A stretch of DNA of 64,000 nucleotides from NCBI RefSeq assembly GCF_006345805.1, contig NC_043013.1, positions 41,664,001 to 41,728,000 on the forward strand. Reading direction: 5' to 3'. The notes beneath the pieces were generated by a model. That model made no database searches. It was not told the DNA's origin and saw nothing but the letters and a program-made list of their open reading frames with translations. Below, one piece after another: positions 24,987 to 38,615 of the stretch (its first letter is position 1; each line of letters begins with the position of its first letter). A program made the position numbers and the translations under genes. This stretch comes from Octopus sinensis (lineage: Eukaryota).

Positions 24987-25371
24987 TGGAAGCACTCCGT
25001 CAGTTACGACGACGAGAGTTCCGGTTGATCCGAATCAACGGAACAGCCTGCTCGTGAAATTAACGTTTAAGTGGCTGAGCACTCCACAGACACGTGTACC
25101 CTTAACGTAGTTCTAGGGGATATTCAGCGTGACACAGAGAGTGACAAGGCCGGCCCTTTGAAATACAGGTACAACAGAAACAGGAAGTAAGAGTGAGAGA
25201 AAGTTGTGGCGAAAGAGTACAGCAGGGATCACCACCACACCCTGCCGGAGCGTCGTGGAGCTTTAGCTGTTTTCGCTCAATAAACACTCACAACGCCCGG
25301 TCTGGGAATCGAAACCGCGATCCTACGACCGCGAGTTCGCTGCCCTAACCACTGGGCCATTGCGCCTCCAC
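24987..25371 (-). mobile_element. SINE C full length
   Basis: Complete head to tail within a CA tract. Confidence 0.92.
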
Positions 25372-25934
25372 ACACACACATGTACACATATCAGAAAAAA
25401 CTTCTTCGTGAAGTCGCAACGTTGCAATATTAAAAAAAAAATGTTTTAAATCATCAATGATAAATTACATAAAAGCTTTTTACATTTTAATTATAAAAAC
25501 ATCTTTAAATCTACATTAATCTAGTCTTTAAAGAATTCTTTCTAAAGACTTATATAATTAATAATTTTCAATTCGAAAATTTTATTTTTTTATTTATTCA
25601 AATAATGTGCATATACGGAAATATATAACAAAACTTTTTAAGATCTTCATATAACACATAGTACTTTTGTTGCTGCCTAAAACGCTGCGACTTTACGAAG
25701 AATTTTTCCTGATATGTGTCCATGTGTATGTGTATGTGTGTGTGTACGTCTGTGTGTGTGTGTGCGTGTGTGCGCGTGTGTGTGCGTGCGCGTGTGTGTG
25801 TGTGAGTGTGTGTGTGCGTGTATGTGCGTGTGTGTGCGTGTGTGTGCGTGTGTGTGTGTGTGAGTGTGTGCGTGTGTGTGCGTGTGTGTGCGTGTGTGCA
25901 TGTGTGTGTGTGTGCATGTGTGTGCGTGTGTGCA

Positions 25935-25965
<31 letters not shown>

Positions 25966-26149
25966 TGTGTGTAGGCGCAGGCGCTACTGTGTGGTAAGAG
26001 TTTGGTTCCCAACCAAATAGCTCCGGTGCAGAGGTTCTTCAGGAAACTTACAACTGAAAAATCGCGTGCCTTGCTCAAGGATAGACACACAACGATCCAT
26101 TGTTTCAAGGAATTGAATCCCCGGTCTTATGACTTTACCGTGCTTTACT

Positions 26150-26420
26150 CCAAATGAAGTGGCGCCTATCCTCTTGTTGTAATAGTAATAGGTATGAAAT
26201 AGAAAATGTATCTCGAGTACCAGATTAGTAAACTCTTTACCAATGGTCCATAGATGTTCTCTTTCCCCTGTAGTTTCCTGACCAGATTGGTGTCCAGAGA
26301 TCAGCTGGTTTTCAGAACCGAGAATGTTTTGTTTTCTCTTGTGGTCCCACATAACAGTATCTGGGCGGTTGTGTTTTGCCTTTCATGCCTCTGTGATCCA
26401 TAAAACAGTTCTGTTCTAAA
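26150..26420 (-). pseudogene. Degraded R4-like non-LTR restriction-like endonuclease fragment
   Basis: KAKHNRPDTVMWDHK..LDTNLVRKLQGKENIYGPLVKSL..YFIPITI; same PD-(D/E)xK region as 35488-36156. Confidence 0.7.
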
Positions 26421-26694
26421 AAAAAACTGAGTTCGGCGATATCGAAATTCCCATCTCCCTAAAAATTGCTAGTCTTGTGCCACAACCATTATTAAACATG
26501 CTGACTTCGCGCCTGGTTTTGTTTCATCTCACTTCAAATCTAAATTTATTTATGATAACACATTGTAACACGATCTTAGTCCGTGAGTAGAAACCGTTAT
26601 TTCCTATCTGTTTATCCTTAGAAAGTATTTATTTCTTCAAAATTTGCTTTTGTTAGATTTATTCAAACCACAAAGAATCTCTCTTAAGACATAC

Positions 26695-27085
26695 TCTTTT
26701 ACTTGTTTCAGTCATGTGACTGTGGCCATGCTGGAGCACCGCCTTTAGTCGAGCAAATCGACCCGGGACTTATTCTTTGTAAGCCCAGTACTTATCCTAT
26801 CGGTCTTTTGCCGAACCGCTAAGTGACGGGGACGTAAACACACCAGCATCAGTTGTCAAGCAATGCTAGGGGGACAAACACAGACACACAAACACACACA
26901 CATACATATATACATACATACGATAGGCTTCTTTTCAGTTTCCGTCTACGAAATCCACTCACAAGGCATTGGTCGGCCAGGGGCTATAGCAGAAGACACT
27001 TGCCCAAGATGCCACGCAGTGGGACTGAACCCGGAACCATGTGGTTGGTTAGCAAGCTACTTACCACACAGCCACTCCTGCGCCT
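26695..27085 (-). mobile_element. SINE B
   Basis: Reverse complement of the 23963-24352 type. Confidence 0.9.
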
Positions 27086-27589
27086 ATTATCATGCTTATT
27101 ATCAGAGATGCACATATTGTCAACCACTAAGGGACATGCTCAAGCGGTTAAGATCAAGCAACTGGCAAACAGATCTGTGATATTGAGCAAAATATTTGCT
27201 ATAATGATATTTCTGCTTCTGCAACTCAGCGTTGAATCTATCTGAAATGTAATGGAAAATTAGTCAGTTTCAAAACATTGATGTCCAAGTCACAAAAGCA
27301 AAATTCAAATGGAATAGTAGCCATATCCATTGATTTCTAGATAGAAGCAAATAGGAAATTACACTTACTGACCAAAGACCTAAGATAAATTTTTTTTTAA
27401 ACAGTGTCTTCTCTATACGTGTTGCTGCAGTCGTCATCGTGGTTGTCGTCGACGTCAAGCTGTCATTGTCATCACTACTGTCATTGCAACCGTCATCACT
27501 GTTATTGTTGTTATGCTTATCGTTTAAGCTCCTGAGCAGACCTATGCTATAGCCATGTCGCAAAATCTTTTATGTTTTATTTTATTTTA

Positions 27590-28370
27590 TATTGGTTTCA
27601 GCCATTAGACTGTGGCCATGCTGGAGCACCACCTTCAAGAACATTTTAGACAAATGTATTGACCCAAATACTCAGTTCTTTTTCTGGAACCTGATACTTA
27701 TTCAGTCGGTCTGTTGTGCTGGACCGCTAAGTTACAGGGACGCAAGCGCACGAACACCGGTTGTCAAGCGGTGGTGGGAACATACATAGACAAAAAAATT
27801 ACACATAGCTATACATACATACATACATACATACTTACATACATACATAAATACATACATACATACATACGTACATACATACATACGATACATACATACA
27901 TACGTATGTACATACATACGTACATACTTACATACATACATAAATACATACATACATACATACGTACATACATACATACGTACATACATAAATACATACA
28001 TATATACATACTTACATACATATACTTTCATACATTCGTACATACATACTTACACACATACATACATTCATACATACATAGATACATACATATATACATA
28101 CTTACATACATACGCACATACATACATACATACATAATACATACATACGTACATACATACATACATACATACATACATACATACATACATACATACATAC
28201 AAACACATGACGGACTTCTTTCACTTCCCATGTACCAGATCCACTCACAAGGCTTTGGTCAGCCCGAGGATAGTAGAAGACACTTGGCCAAGGTGCCGCG
28301 CAGCACTACTGAACCCGGAACCAAGTTGTTGGTAAGCAATTTTCTTATCACACAGCGACGCCTGGGCCTG
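27590..28370 (-). mobile_element. SINE B-like copy with its internal tract expanded into about 400 bp of (CATA)n
   Basis: Tail half at 27590-27780, microsatellite at about 27805-28200, head half at 28205-28370. Confidence 0.75.
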
Positions 28371-28874
28371 CCTTGGTTTTTTGTTTTTTCTTTTGTTTGT
28401 TTCTTTGGGGTATTTTAGGTATATTTTTTTTTCACTGCATCCTTCCATCCTCTATACAGCAGGTTTTCATTTGTGGGCGAATGGGTTGCTATTTCTAGCA
28501 GGTCGAAAAACACATATATAGAATCCTACGCTATTTCTGACCGAATAAATTCTAGATACAAAAAAAAAAAAAATACGATAAAAACAGTAAAAAATAAAAC
28601 AGTACAGTAAATAAAAAAAAATATTTAAAAGCCAAAGAAATGTCCATATTAAGCTAATTCTGAACATGTTTTAATGAGATGAATAACATGTGAAAAGAAA
28701 AAAACTATTGATGAAAATTGATAATGTGGTTATTATCAAAATAAGCAGATAAAACCACCGTATCAAAATCTGTCTAGACATAATGTAAAAACGCTGATGT
28801 ATGTCTAATATATGTATATGTATATGCATGCCGATATATATGTATATATATTATATATATATATATAATAATAT

Positions 28875-28941
<67 letters not shown>

Positions 28942-29249
28942 ATGTATATATATATATTATATCATATATATATCTATATATATGTATATATATATAATAT
29001 CTATATATCTATATGTATTATATCTATACATATATACCATATATCTATGTATATATATATATATACACTATATACATATATATATGTATGTATATATATA
29101 TATTATATATATATATATATATATTATATATATCTAATATCATACATATATATATCTATATATATATATATATATAAATATAAATATATATATATATGTA
29201 TGTATGTATGTATGTATATTTAGGTGGGCACGTATATACTTATACATAC

Positions 29250-29665
29250 TCTTTTACTCTTTTACTTGTTTCAGTTATTTGACTGCGGCCATGCTGGAGC
29301 ACCGCCATTAGTCGAGCAAATCGACCGCGGGACTTATTCTTTGTAAGCCTATTTCTTATTCTATCGATCACTTTTGGCCGAACCGCTAGTGACCGGGACG
29401 TAAACACAACAGCATCGGTGTCAAGGAATGCTAGGGGGACAAACACAGACACACAACTACACACACACCACACATATATATATATATACATATATACGAC
29501 AGGCTTCTTTCTTCAGTTTCCGTCTACCAAATCCACACACAAGGCATTGGTCGGCCCGAGGCTATAGCAGAAGACACTTGCCCAAGGTGCAACACAGTGG
29601 GACTGAACCCGGAACCATGTGGTTGGTTAGCAAGCTTCTTACCACACAGCCACTCCTGCGCCTCT
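29250..29665 (-). mobile_element. SINE B
   Basis: Full head and tail. Confidence 0.9.
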
Positions 29666-29835
29666 ATATATGAATATATATGAAATACATATATACATAA
29701 TACATATATATATATCATCAATATACATATATTCATATATACTTGTATATATAGACAGACAGACGAACAGACAGACGGATGGACGGACGGACAGACAGAC
29801 ATACTGATTCACTGAGAGACAGACAGATAGATAAT

Positions 29836-30050
29836 ATGCATGTGATGGCGTGTGTACCGTTGGCGATTTTTTCCTCCGTCTTCCCTTCTTTGGATCGATC
29901 ATTTTCCTATGTTTCTGACGAAGAGCTCCGCTCGAAACGTTAAACCCTCCTTCTTCCCTTCCTTCCTGAGCGTCCATAATACTTTATTTGTTCCACGTCC
30001 TCGCGTTGGTTGTGTTTCTCTTTGTGTTTTTTCCATGTTTGGATTAACTT
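29836..30050 (+). mobile_element. Short element ending in (TA)n that carries a hammerhead motif; second copy at about 42158-42365 (-)
   Basis: Shared GAAGAGCTCCGCTCGAAACGTTAAACCCTCC..CCTGAGCGT..TTTGTTCCACGTCCTCGCGTTG. Confidence 0.75.
29911..29945 (+). ncRNA. Minimal hammerhead motif with loop-less palindromic stem III (dimer type)
   Basis: GUUU CUGACGA A GAGC UCC GCUC GAAA CG UU^ AAAC: 4-bp stem I, intact core plus an extra A, 4-bp stem II, ACGU palindrome. Confidence 0.65.
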
Positions 30051-30056
30051 TATATA

Positions 30057-30134
<78 letters not shown>

Positions 30135-30890
30135 CATATACACATATATGTGTGTATGTGTGTGGGTGGGTTTATTTATATATATAATATGCATATATAT
30201 ATGAACATGTATAAATATCATAAACATATGTAAATATATAATATATAAATGTCTGTGTGCGTGTAAATGTGTGTGTCTGTATGCACAACACACCCAGCTC
30301 AAACATATATACGCATATACAGATATATATATATATACATCTATATATACGTTTAAGTGTGTGTGAGTGTGATGAATCAGTATGTACGTATGTATCTACA
30401 AACGTATATATGAATGTATGTACGTACGTACGTATGTACGAAGAAAGAAGACACCAATACTATAACGTCTGCAGATTAAATAGAAAATAATTTTTGAATG
30501 TGATTCCTTCGCCGTTTCGAATCAACAAGTTTTATTTTTGACTCTGTACACAATGTCTTCATTTCGAAATATAGAACCGGCTTAACTTGCATACACATAT
30601 ACATGCATACACACCTCCGTACTTCCATCTATTCTTCCATCCATCCATATGATTATATATATATATATATATTAGGGAATAACAAATATTCCAGGTTATC
30701 AGGAAGTTTACTGTTTTACACATTTCTCAAGAAATGTAAAAAGTATATTTTATAATATTATTATTACAAATTTGGTATATTTACCAATAGATAAGCGACT
30801 CCTATTTCAGGATAACCTCATGTATGGTATACGCACAGAAAATTACAATAAAATAAAATAGGAATTCCTTATCTTTTGTAATTAGGTATG

Positions 30891-30922
<32 letters not shown>

Positions 30923-31025
30923 ATATATTTTCGATTTGGGATTTGTTTGCATGATTCTTTATGTGAGTTCGTGTGTTAAATTATAAGTCACAAAAAGAAA
31001 ATGACTCTCCCAACACACACAGTAC

Positions 31026-31127
<102 letters not shown>

Positions 31128-31249
31128 ATATTATACATATATACATATATACATATACATAGATACAAATATATAATACATATATCTTTATGCATATATA
31201 TATATATATATATATATAGTATATATATATGTATATATATATAGATATT

Positions 31250-31288
<39 letters not shown>

Positions 31289-31292
<4 letters not shown>

Positions 31293-31535
31293 CAAAATAA
31301 GCAACAAGGATATCCAAGGTAGTGTAGTACAATCGTTTCAGCTACTGTACTTTCATTTTATTAAACACAGTACGTATTACATCAGTTTTAAAATGTCGAG
31401 CAATCTTCAGCCACATATACAGTTTTTTAATTAAAACGGACAATGCACATTTTTTATACTTATTTCATTTGCCAACATTACAAGAGGGTAGCTATATAGA
31501 CAGAGAGGTTAATTTCATTATTAAGAACATGGTGA
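31289..31535 (-). mobile_element. Second copy of the 12129 family (not inverted), abutting (TA)n
   Basis: AATCAAAATAAGCAACAAGGATATCCAAGG..TTAAGAACATGG is shared with 12129-12365. Confidence 0.85.
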
Positions 31536-31548
31536 CATATTATATATA

Positions 31549-33211
31549 TTTTTTTTTCTAGTTTTCAGCTCAGAGCTGTGGCCATGCTGATGCACCGCCG
31601 TTTTGTGCTACACTGTTATTGCGACGAACCTCGTCTATATGTGTTGGGCTTGGTGAAGAATGGATTTTGATACAGCTACTCTCATTTGCACCTCTTGCCG
31701 TGAGGTAGGTTCATCTGGATTCTTGAGAGGAAGATGTCCAGCTTTGATTTAAAAACCGCTACATCTACTTTGTGCAAGTTCCTCAGACTCTTGGGAGAAT
31801 ATTAAAAAGCGTGGGCCCTTGAAACCCAGGCTGTTTGCAAAGCTGGTCCTGAAGCGTGATGGCATTGCTGGGATCTTTGGCACTATGCAGTGTCGTCCCG
31901 TTCTAGCATTGTTGTAGCTTATAATGCCAAAATTTGGCACAATTCCTTCCAGAATCTTCCAGACATATATTACTGCTACCTCTCCTCCCCGTTTTCTCTC
32001 CAGGGAGTAGAGTCTTAGCTGTTTCAACTTTCCCAGTAGCCTGAGCTGTTGCAAAGAGACGATCTTCTTTGTGAATCTTCTCTGGATTGCTTCAAGGTCT
32101 GCTGTTAATTTTACACTGGTGGGTGACCATAGCTGTGAGCAGTAATCCAGGCGACTGCGGACGAATGTCCGCCAGAGGACCATCATGGTTTCCTTATCTC
32201 TGGTTCTGAATGTTCTTAGGATCCACCCAGCCAGTCGTCTGCACTTTGTCGCCATCCTGGTAATGTGCACTTGGAAAGAGGTATCATCACTCATGTCGAT
32301 ACCCAGGTCCCTCACAGACTTAGGCTCTGAGATTGAAATTCCCTGTGGACCGGTGTATCCTGTAAGTCTGATATTCAGTTTTGGATGCTGGTAGCGCAGG
32401 GCCTGGAATTTTTCAGCATTAAACTGCATATTATTATCCTCAGCCCATCTGTAGATTGAGTCCAACTCCTGCTGCAGGTGTGCAATATCGCTGGGGTTCT
32501 GTATTTTCTGCGAGACTTTCGTATCGTCCACATAGCTGGCCAGAGTGGCTATCCGGGCATTTGAGGGCATATCTGAGAGGGCCACTATAAAAAGCAGTGG
32601 TCCCAAGACAGTGCCCTGTGGAACACCGCTCACTATTTGTGTGTTCATAGAGTTGGCTCCATTAACCACTACTGTCTGACTCCTATCTTTCAGGAAGTCA
32701 TGCAACCACACTCCAAGTTTTCCAGCTATGCCGAGGTCACGTAGTTTGTTGCATATCATACCATGATCCACCTTGTCAAAAGCTTTTGCAAAATCAAGGT
32801 AGATTACGTCCACATTTGATTTGTTGAGTAACTGCCTCAACACCCAGTCATAATGCTGTAAGAGCTGGGTCAGGCAGCTCCTACCTGGTCGAAAACCATG
32901 CTGGGTATTACTCAGCAAGTTATTTTCCTCAAGGAATGCGATTAGTTTCTTTCTGACTATCCTTTCCATGACTTTACTGATGTGTGAAGTCAGAGAGATA
33001 GGCCTATAGTTTTTGGCATCTGCTCTACTTCCCCCTTTATGTTTTGGGCATACTATTCCCTCCTTCAGCTTGCTTGGCAGTTTGCCATTCGCAAGAAAGC
33101 TCTGGAAGAGAATCTTGAGGGGTTTTGCCAGGGCATGCTTACACGCTTTGAGGAGGATGGCTGGGAAACCGTCTGGACCAGCAGCTGAGTTTGTATCCAC
33201 TTCATCTATGG

Positions 33212-33212
<1 letters not shown>
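31549..33212 (-). mobile_element. 5'-truncated CR1-group LINE: RT domain to 3' end, young
   Basis: GPDG..YRPISLTSHISKVMER..QHGFRPGRSC..YLDFAKAFDKV..SGVPQGTVLGPLLF..YVDDTK..LYSLERR-like; 3' UTR and short poly(A) at about 31549-31557; 5' end joins (TA)n. The N-terminus of the ORF-track protein (33213-33326) is artefact. Confidence 0.93.
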
Positions 33213-33253
<41 letters not shown>

Positions 33254-33505
33254 TGGGGTGTGCTAACAATGAGAAAGAGAAAAAATTATTTAATGTATAT
33301 AAATACATAGATATTACCTTATACAAATATCTGTCTTTTTATGGGTGAACGGTTTTAAAGATTAAAACAAAGTATTTGGATATTTCGTAATGTTTCCTAT
33401 CCAGATAAACTCGGTAATGAAGTTTCAACCTTTGGTAATTGAAGCAGTGACCAATGAAAAGAGGACTGAGGCGGAGAGAAAGAAAGAAGAACAAAGAGCG
33501 AGAGG

Positions 33506-33507
33506 GG

Positions 33508-33584
<77 letters not shown>

Positions 33585-33656
33585 CATACATACATACATA
33601 CATACATACATACATACATACATACATACATACATACATACATACATACATACATA
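33506..33656. repeat. (TAGA)n-(TACA)n compound microsatellite
   Basis: Direct reading. Confidence 0.97.
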
Positions 33657-33689
33657 GTGAGAGGACTGCGAAAGAGTGGACTATTTAAT

Positions 33690-34200
33690 TTATAAAACCC
33701 TGTAGAGTATTTTATGATTTCGAAACGGAAATGATTGGCATGTTTCCCATCCTTACAGATGAAGATAATCCTAATCCTGTTATACTGGAGTTTATGAAAA
33801 TTCCCCTTTAAAGACTGTTCTACATTGGAGCAGTACTTTCCGGATTTGGACACCAATAAGTACCCCTGGAAATGAAAACCTTTCTTAGAAAACACGGACC
33901 TGAAAGATTTCGAACTTGAAAAACAAAAAGAATTTGTGATTTGTAAAATGATCGCAATCATGTGATGAAACATATTGTCTTCTTTGACAGTTTGTGGATC
34001 TTCATAAAAAAATAAATAAATACCTAAACTTACATGCTAAACATTCTTCGTTTAACTATTGTTCTCACATTCCTAGCTTCGTGAATATGGTTTCTCATCC
34101 TTAAGAAATACAAAAGAAAAACGAAAGCATAAAGATTTAAACAGGCATCACTCGAGAGCTCGTGGATCTTTCTCGAAATGAAATATCCACCGAAAATAAT
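33690..34200 (+). pseudogene. Degraded hAT (Buster/Charlie-like) transposase C-terminus
   Basis: GMFPIL..LEQYFPDLDTNKYPWK*KPF..LW..LREYGFSSLRNTKEKR matches hAT MFP.L..YFP....W..NPF..FW..LCE.GFS....K.K.R (dimerisation domain). Confidence 0.7.
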
Positions 34201-35345
34201 CCTTGTTTTGCTCTAGTTCTCACATTTCTGTATTTCTGAGCACGGATTCTAGTCTTTTAACAAATACGAAAGCCAAAAACAAGGCTCAAATCTTTATGGA
34301 GGCTCACACAACTCGTTTGAATCTTCATCAAAGATGAGCAGCAATATTTATCATTAAAAGCAAGCTTCCTTTTTCTCCAGTTCTCAAATTCCTGATTCCA
34401 CGAACATAGTTTTTTGTTCTTAACAATACAAATCTCAAAGAAAACGCAAAACTGACACCTGGTAACATGGTGCGTGAGTGAGAGTGAGTCTAACAAGCGT
34501 CCAAACGTTGGGTTGCCGAAATTTGGCAAAGACATTATAATTATTAACAGCACCAGCTGTGCTCTTTTTAATTGCTTGTCTTATTGTTCCTTGCCTTAAT
34601 CCAACAATCGTAGTATAATAAATATTCGTTAAATATTAATTATTTGCGGACATAAAAATCAAGAAAATGTCTTTTTGCCTTTATATCGTTGCGATAAAAA
34701 TAGGTTGCTATTGAATTAGCCAAAGTGAAAAGGAAACAGCGTACAGTGATACCTTATTAATTAATTACGTCACAGGTGATGGGCATTAGACGTCGAGAAT
34801 CTCTGTTCCAGGCTTTCGAGGAATCTTTTATGCAAAAAATGGCATCATCATAATCCCCCGAAGACATACTTCAAAATGGAAATATGCTTCTTAGCTCAAC
34901 ACACTTACAGACATTTATACACACACACACACACACACACAAGCATATATATGTGTGAGAGCGTATTCCTCCCTGTGTTTGTAAAATCTTGTATCCCTGC
35001 CGTAAGGCTTCATTTCCACACACGCCAGTTTAATTTAATTCGTCCTTAGCCGAAAGACACCTGCTGTTATGTCCTGTTATTAATTTTATTGTATTTGTGT
35101 AACATTGTCCGTTTTTTCCGACCTTGTTTTTGTATACATTCGCTGCTGTCTTCCAAGGAATCTAACGCTCTTAGCTTAGTTTTTCGTGGCGCTGACCAGA
35201 TTGGAGTAATCTCAAGTATAATCAGCTGAAATTGCGAAGATAATCTGGTACTTGACTGAAGAAAAAAGACTTCGAATGACCCGTCCTAGTTTTTTTTGTA
35301 TCGACTATCTGGATGTTTTGTTGTCCCCGTTCTTGTCTCATTTTG

Positions 35346-35392
<47 letters not shown>

Positions 35393-35487
35393 GCCTACCT
35401 ACATAAATACATGAATACAAACATACATTCATTCATACATAATACACATACACACACACACATACATACATACATACATACATACAT

Positions 35488-36156
35488 CACATTTTGAAGG
35501 CTATGCGTTTACAATTCAGGAACGGGAGATTGCCACAAAGTACCTGGTGAACAAGAGAAACAGTCACGCTCTTGTAATCCCAAAGTGCAACTAAGTCATA
35601 TTCCAGTGGAAAATATCACGCATGTGATTAGCAGCTGTCTTAAAATGTCGTCACGATACTACCTCCCTATGCGGCACGTTGTTGTTGCTAAAACAATTTA
35701 CAATGCCATCCGCAAAAGACTGTTCTGAAATAAACTGAGAAAATCCCTCTGTTACGTAATACATTCATAAAAACCAACTCAAGGATACTGGTGGGATATT
35801 CCCATCAAAACTTCTGTCAAATGTAAAAAACAGCCGGTATTGTTGCTTGAGACATAGGGCAAAGGTATGTACCACCATAGAGCTCAACTTACCTGTAGAT
35901 ATAAATATCTCTTCGAAAATCAAAGAAAAAGAAGATATCTATGGACAACTGCTTCGAAGCCTCCAGCTTCTATATCCAGACTATCAATTCATATTCATAC
36001 CAATAATAATTGGAGCACTAGGTTTTGTTAGTAAATGCTTAAAGGAGAATCTGGATAAACTGGAGTTTTCAGAATTTTCAGACTGATTCGTACATTACAA
36101 GTCCAATCTGTGAGTGGAACAGTAAAAATATGCAGACTTTTCTAAAGTTCCAAATG
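35488..36156 (+). mobile_element. R4/Dong-like non-LTR 3' fragment (zinc knuckle + restriction-like endonuclease), copy 1
   Basis: EGYAFTIQEREIATKYL..KC..ITHVISSC.KMSSRYYLPMRH.VVAK..YWWDIPIKT..RPDI..KEKEDIYGQL..PIIIGALG..GTVKICKTFL, with frameshifts. Confidence 0.85.
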
Positions 36157-36722
36157 AAATTTGCCTGTTTTAACTACACCCAAATATGGCGGCTTGTTCT
36201 TTGTTGGATACCGGCTCCCTCCTCAGTGGAAGATTTATAATAATTAGGAAATAGAAGAGACCTAAATATATCGTATAATACGATATACAACGGTGCGGGG
36301 TAGTATAAGTTAAAATATCCATCTATATATCATTTTTAATGGATATACACCGTTAGAAGGCCTGAACGGCTGTACTCCCCTGAGATAACAACACGTGCTA
36401 TGGACGTGCTATGCTACTTATTGAATCTAACACAATCCGTCCGTAAATATATGTTAACTCAGAACAAAGATTGCAGTAATTGGCCTATCAGTGGTGTATA
36501 TATATATTGATGCTCTTTCGCTCTTTTACTTGCTTCAGTCATTTGACTGTCGCCATACTGAAGCACGGCTTTAGTCGAGCAATTGACCCCAGGACTTATT
36601 GTTTGTAAGCCTAGTACTTATTCTGTCGGACTCTTTTGCCGACCTGCTAAGTTACGGGGACGTACACACACCAGCATTAGGTGTCAAACTATGTTTGGGG
36701 GACAAACACACAGTCACACAAA

Positions 36723-36753
<31 letters not shown>

Positions 36754-37315
36754 CCACAACACACACACACACACAAGCATATATATGTGTGAGAGCGTAT
36801 TCCTCCCTGTGTTTGTAAAATCTTGTATCCCTGCGTAAGCTTCATTTCCACACACGCCAGTTTAATTAATTCGTCCTTAGCCGAAAGACACCTGCTGTTA
36901 TGTCCTGTATTAATTTTATTGTATTTGGTAACATTGTCCGTTTTTTTTCGATTGTTTTGTATACATTCGCTGCTGTCTTCCAAGGAATCTAACGCTCTTA
37001 GCTTAGTTTTTCGTGGCGCTGACCAGATGGGAGAATCTCAAGTATAATCAGCTGAAATTGCGAAGATAATCTGGTACTTGACTGAAGAAAAAAGACTTCG
37101 AATGACCCGTCCTAGTTTTTTTTTGTATCGACTATCTGGATGTTTTGTTGTCCCCGTTCTTGTCTCATTTTGTATTATATATATATATATATATATTATA
37201 TATAGAGAGAGAGAGAGAGAGGCCTACCTAAATAAAACATGAATACAAACATACATTCATTCATACATAATACACATACACACACACACACATACATACA
37301 TACAAATACATACAT

Positions 37316-37993
37316 CAATTTTGAAGGCTATGCGTTTACAATTCAGGAACGGGAGATTGCCACAAAGTACCTGGTGAACAAGAGAAACAGTCACGCTCTT
37401 GTAATCCCAAAGTGCAACTAAGTCATATTCCAGTGGAAAATATCACGCATGTGATTAGCAGCTGTCTTAAAATGTCGTCACGATACTACCTCCCTATGCG
37501 GCACGTTGTTGTTGCTAAAACAATTTACAATGCCATCCGCAAAAGACTGTTCTGAAATAAACTGAGAAAATCCCTCTGTTACGTAATACATTCATAAAAA
37601 CCAACTCAAGGAATACTGGTGGGATATTCCCATCAAAACTTCTGTCAAATGTAAACATAACAGGCCGGATATTGTTGCTTGAGACATAGGGGCAAAGGTA
37701 TGTACCACCATAGAGCTCAACTTACCTGTAGATATAAATATCTCTTCGAAAATCAAAGAAAAAGAAGATATCTATGGACAACTGCTTCGAAGCCTCCAGC
37801 TTCTATATCCAGACTATCAATTCATATTCATACCAATAATAATTGGAGCACTAGGTTTTGTTAGTAAATGCTTAAAGGAGAATCTGGATAAACTGGAGTT
37901 TTCAGAATTTTCAGACTGATTCGTACATTACAAGTCCAATCTGTGAGTGGAACAGTAAAAATATGCAAGACTTTTCTAAAGTTCCAAATGTAA
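37316..37993 (+). mobile_element. R4/Dong-like non-LTR 3' fragment, copy 2 (fewer frameshifts)
   Basis: KEYWWDIPIKTSVKCKHNRPDIVA is in frame; otherwise as copy 1. Confidence 0.85.
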
Positions 37994-38349
37994 ATTTGCC
38001 TGTTTTAACTACACCCCAAATATGGCGCCTTGTATCTTTGTTGGATACCGGCTCCCTCCTCAGTGGAAGATTTATAATAATTAGGAAATAGAAGAGACAT
38101 AAACGTATATATATCCGATATACACAACGGTGCGGGGTAGTATAAAGTTAAAATATCCATCTATATATCATTTTTAATGGATATACACCGTTAGAAGGCC
38201 AGTAACGGCTGTACTCCTCCTGAGATAACAACACGTGCTATGGACGTGCTATGCTACTTATTGAATTTCTAACACAATCCGTCCGTAAAATATGTTAACT
38301 CAGAACAAAGATTGCAGTAATTGGCCTATCAGTGGTGTATATATATTGT

Positions 38350-38579
38350 ATGCTCTTTCGCTCTTTTACTTGCTTCAGTCATTTGACTGTCGCCATACTG
38401 AAGCACGGCCTTTAGTCGAGCAAATTGACCCCAGGACTTATTGTTTGTAAGCCTAGTACTTATTCTATCGGACTCTTTTGCCGACCTGCTAAGTTACGGG
38501 GACGTAAACACACCAGCATTAGGTGTCAAACTATGTTTGGGGGACAAACACAGTCACACAAACACACATACACACACAC

Positions 38580-38610
<31 letters not shown>

Positions 38611-38615
38611 CACCA

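Noticed and set aside
35266-35295. CTGAAGA..CGAATGACCCGTC (also near 37081) as a hammerhead
   Set aside because: GAAU instead of GAAA, no stem II and no stem I pairing.
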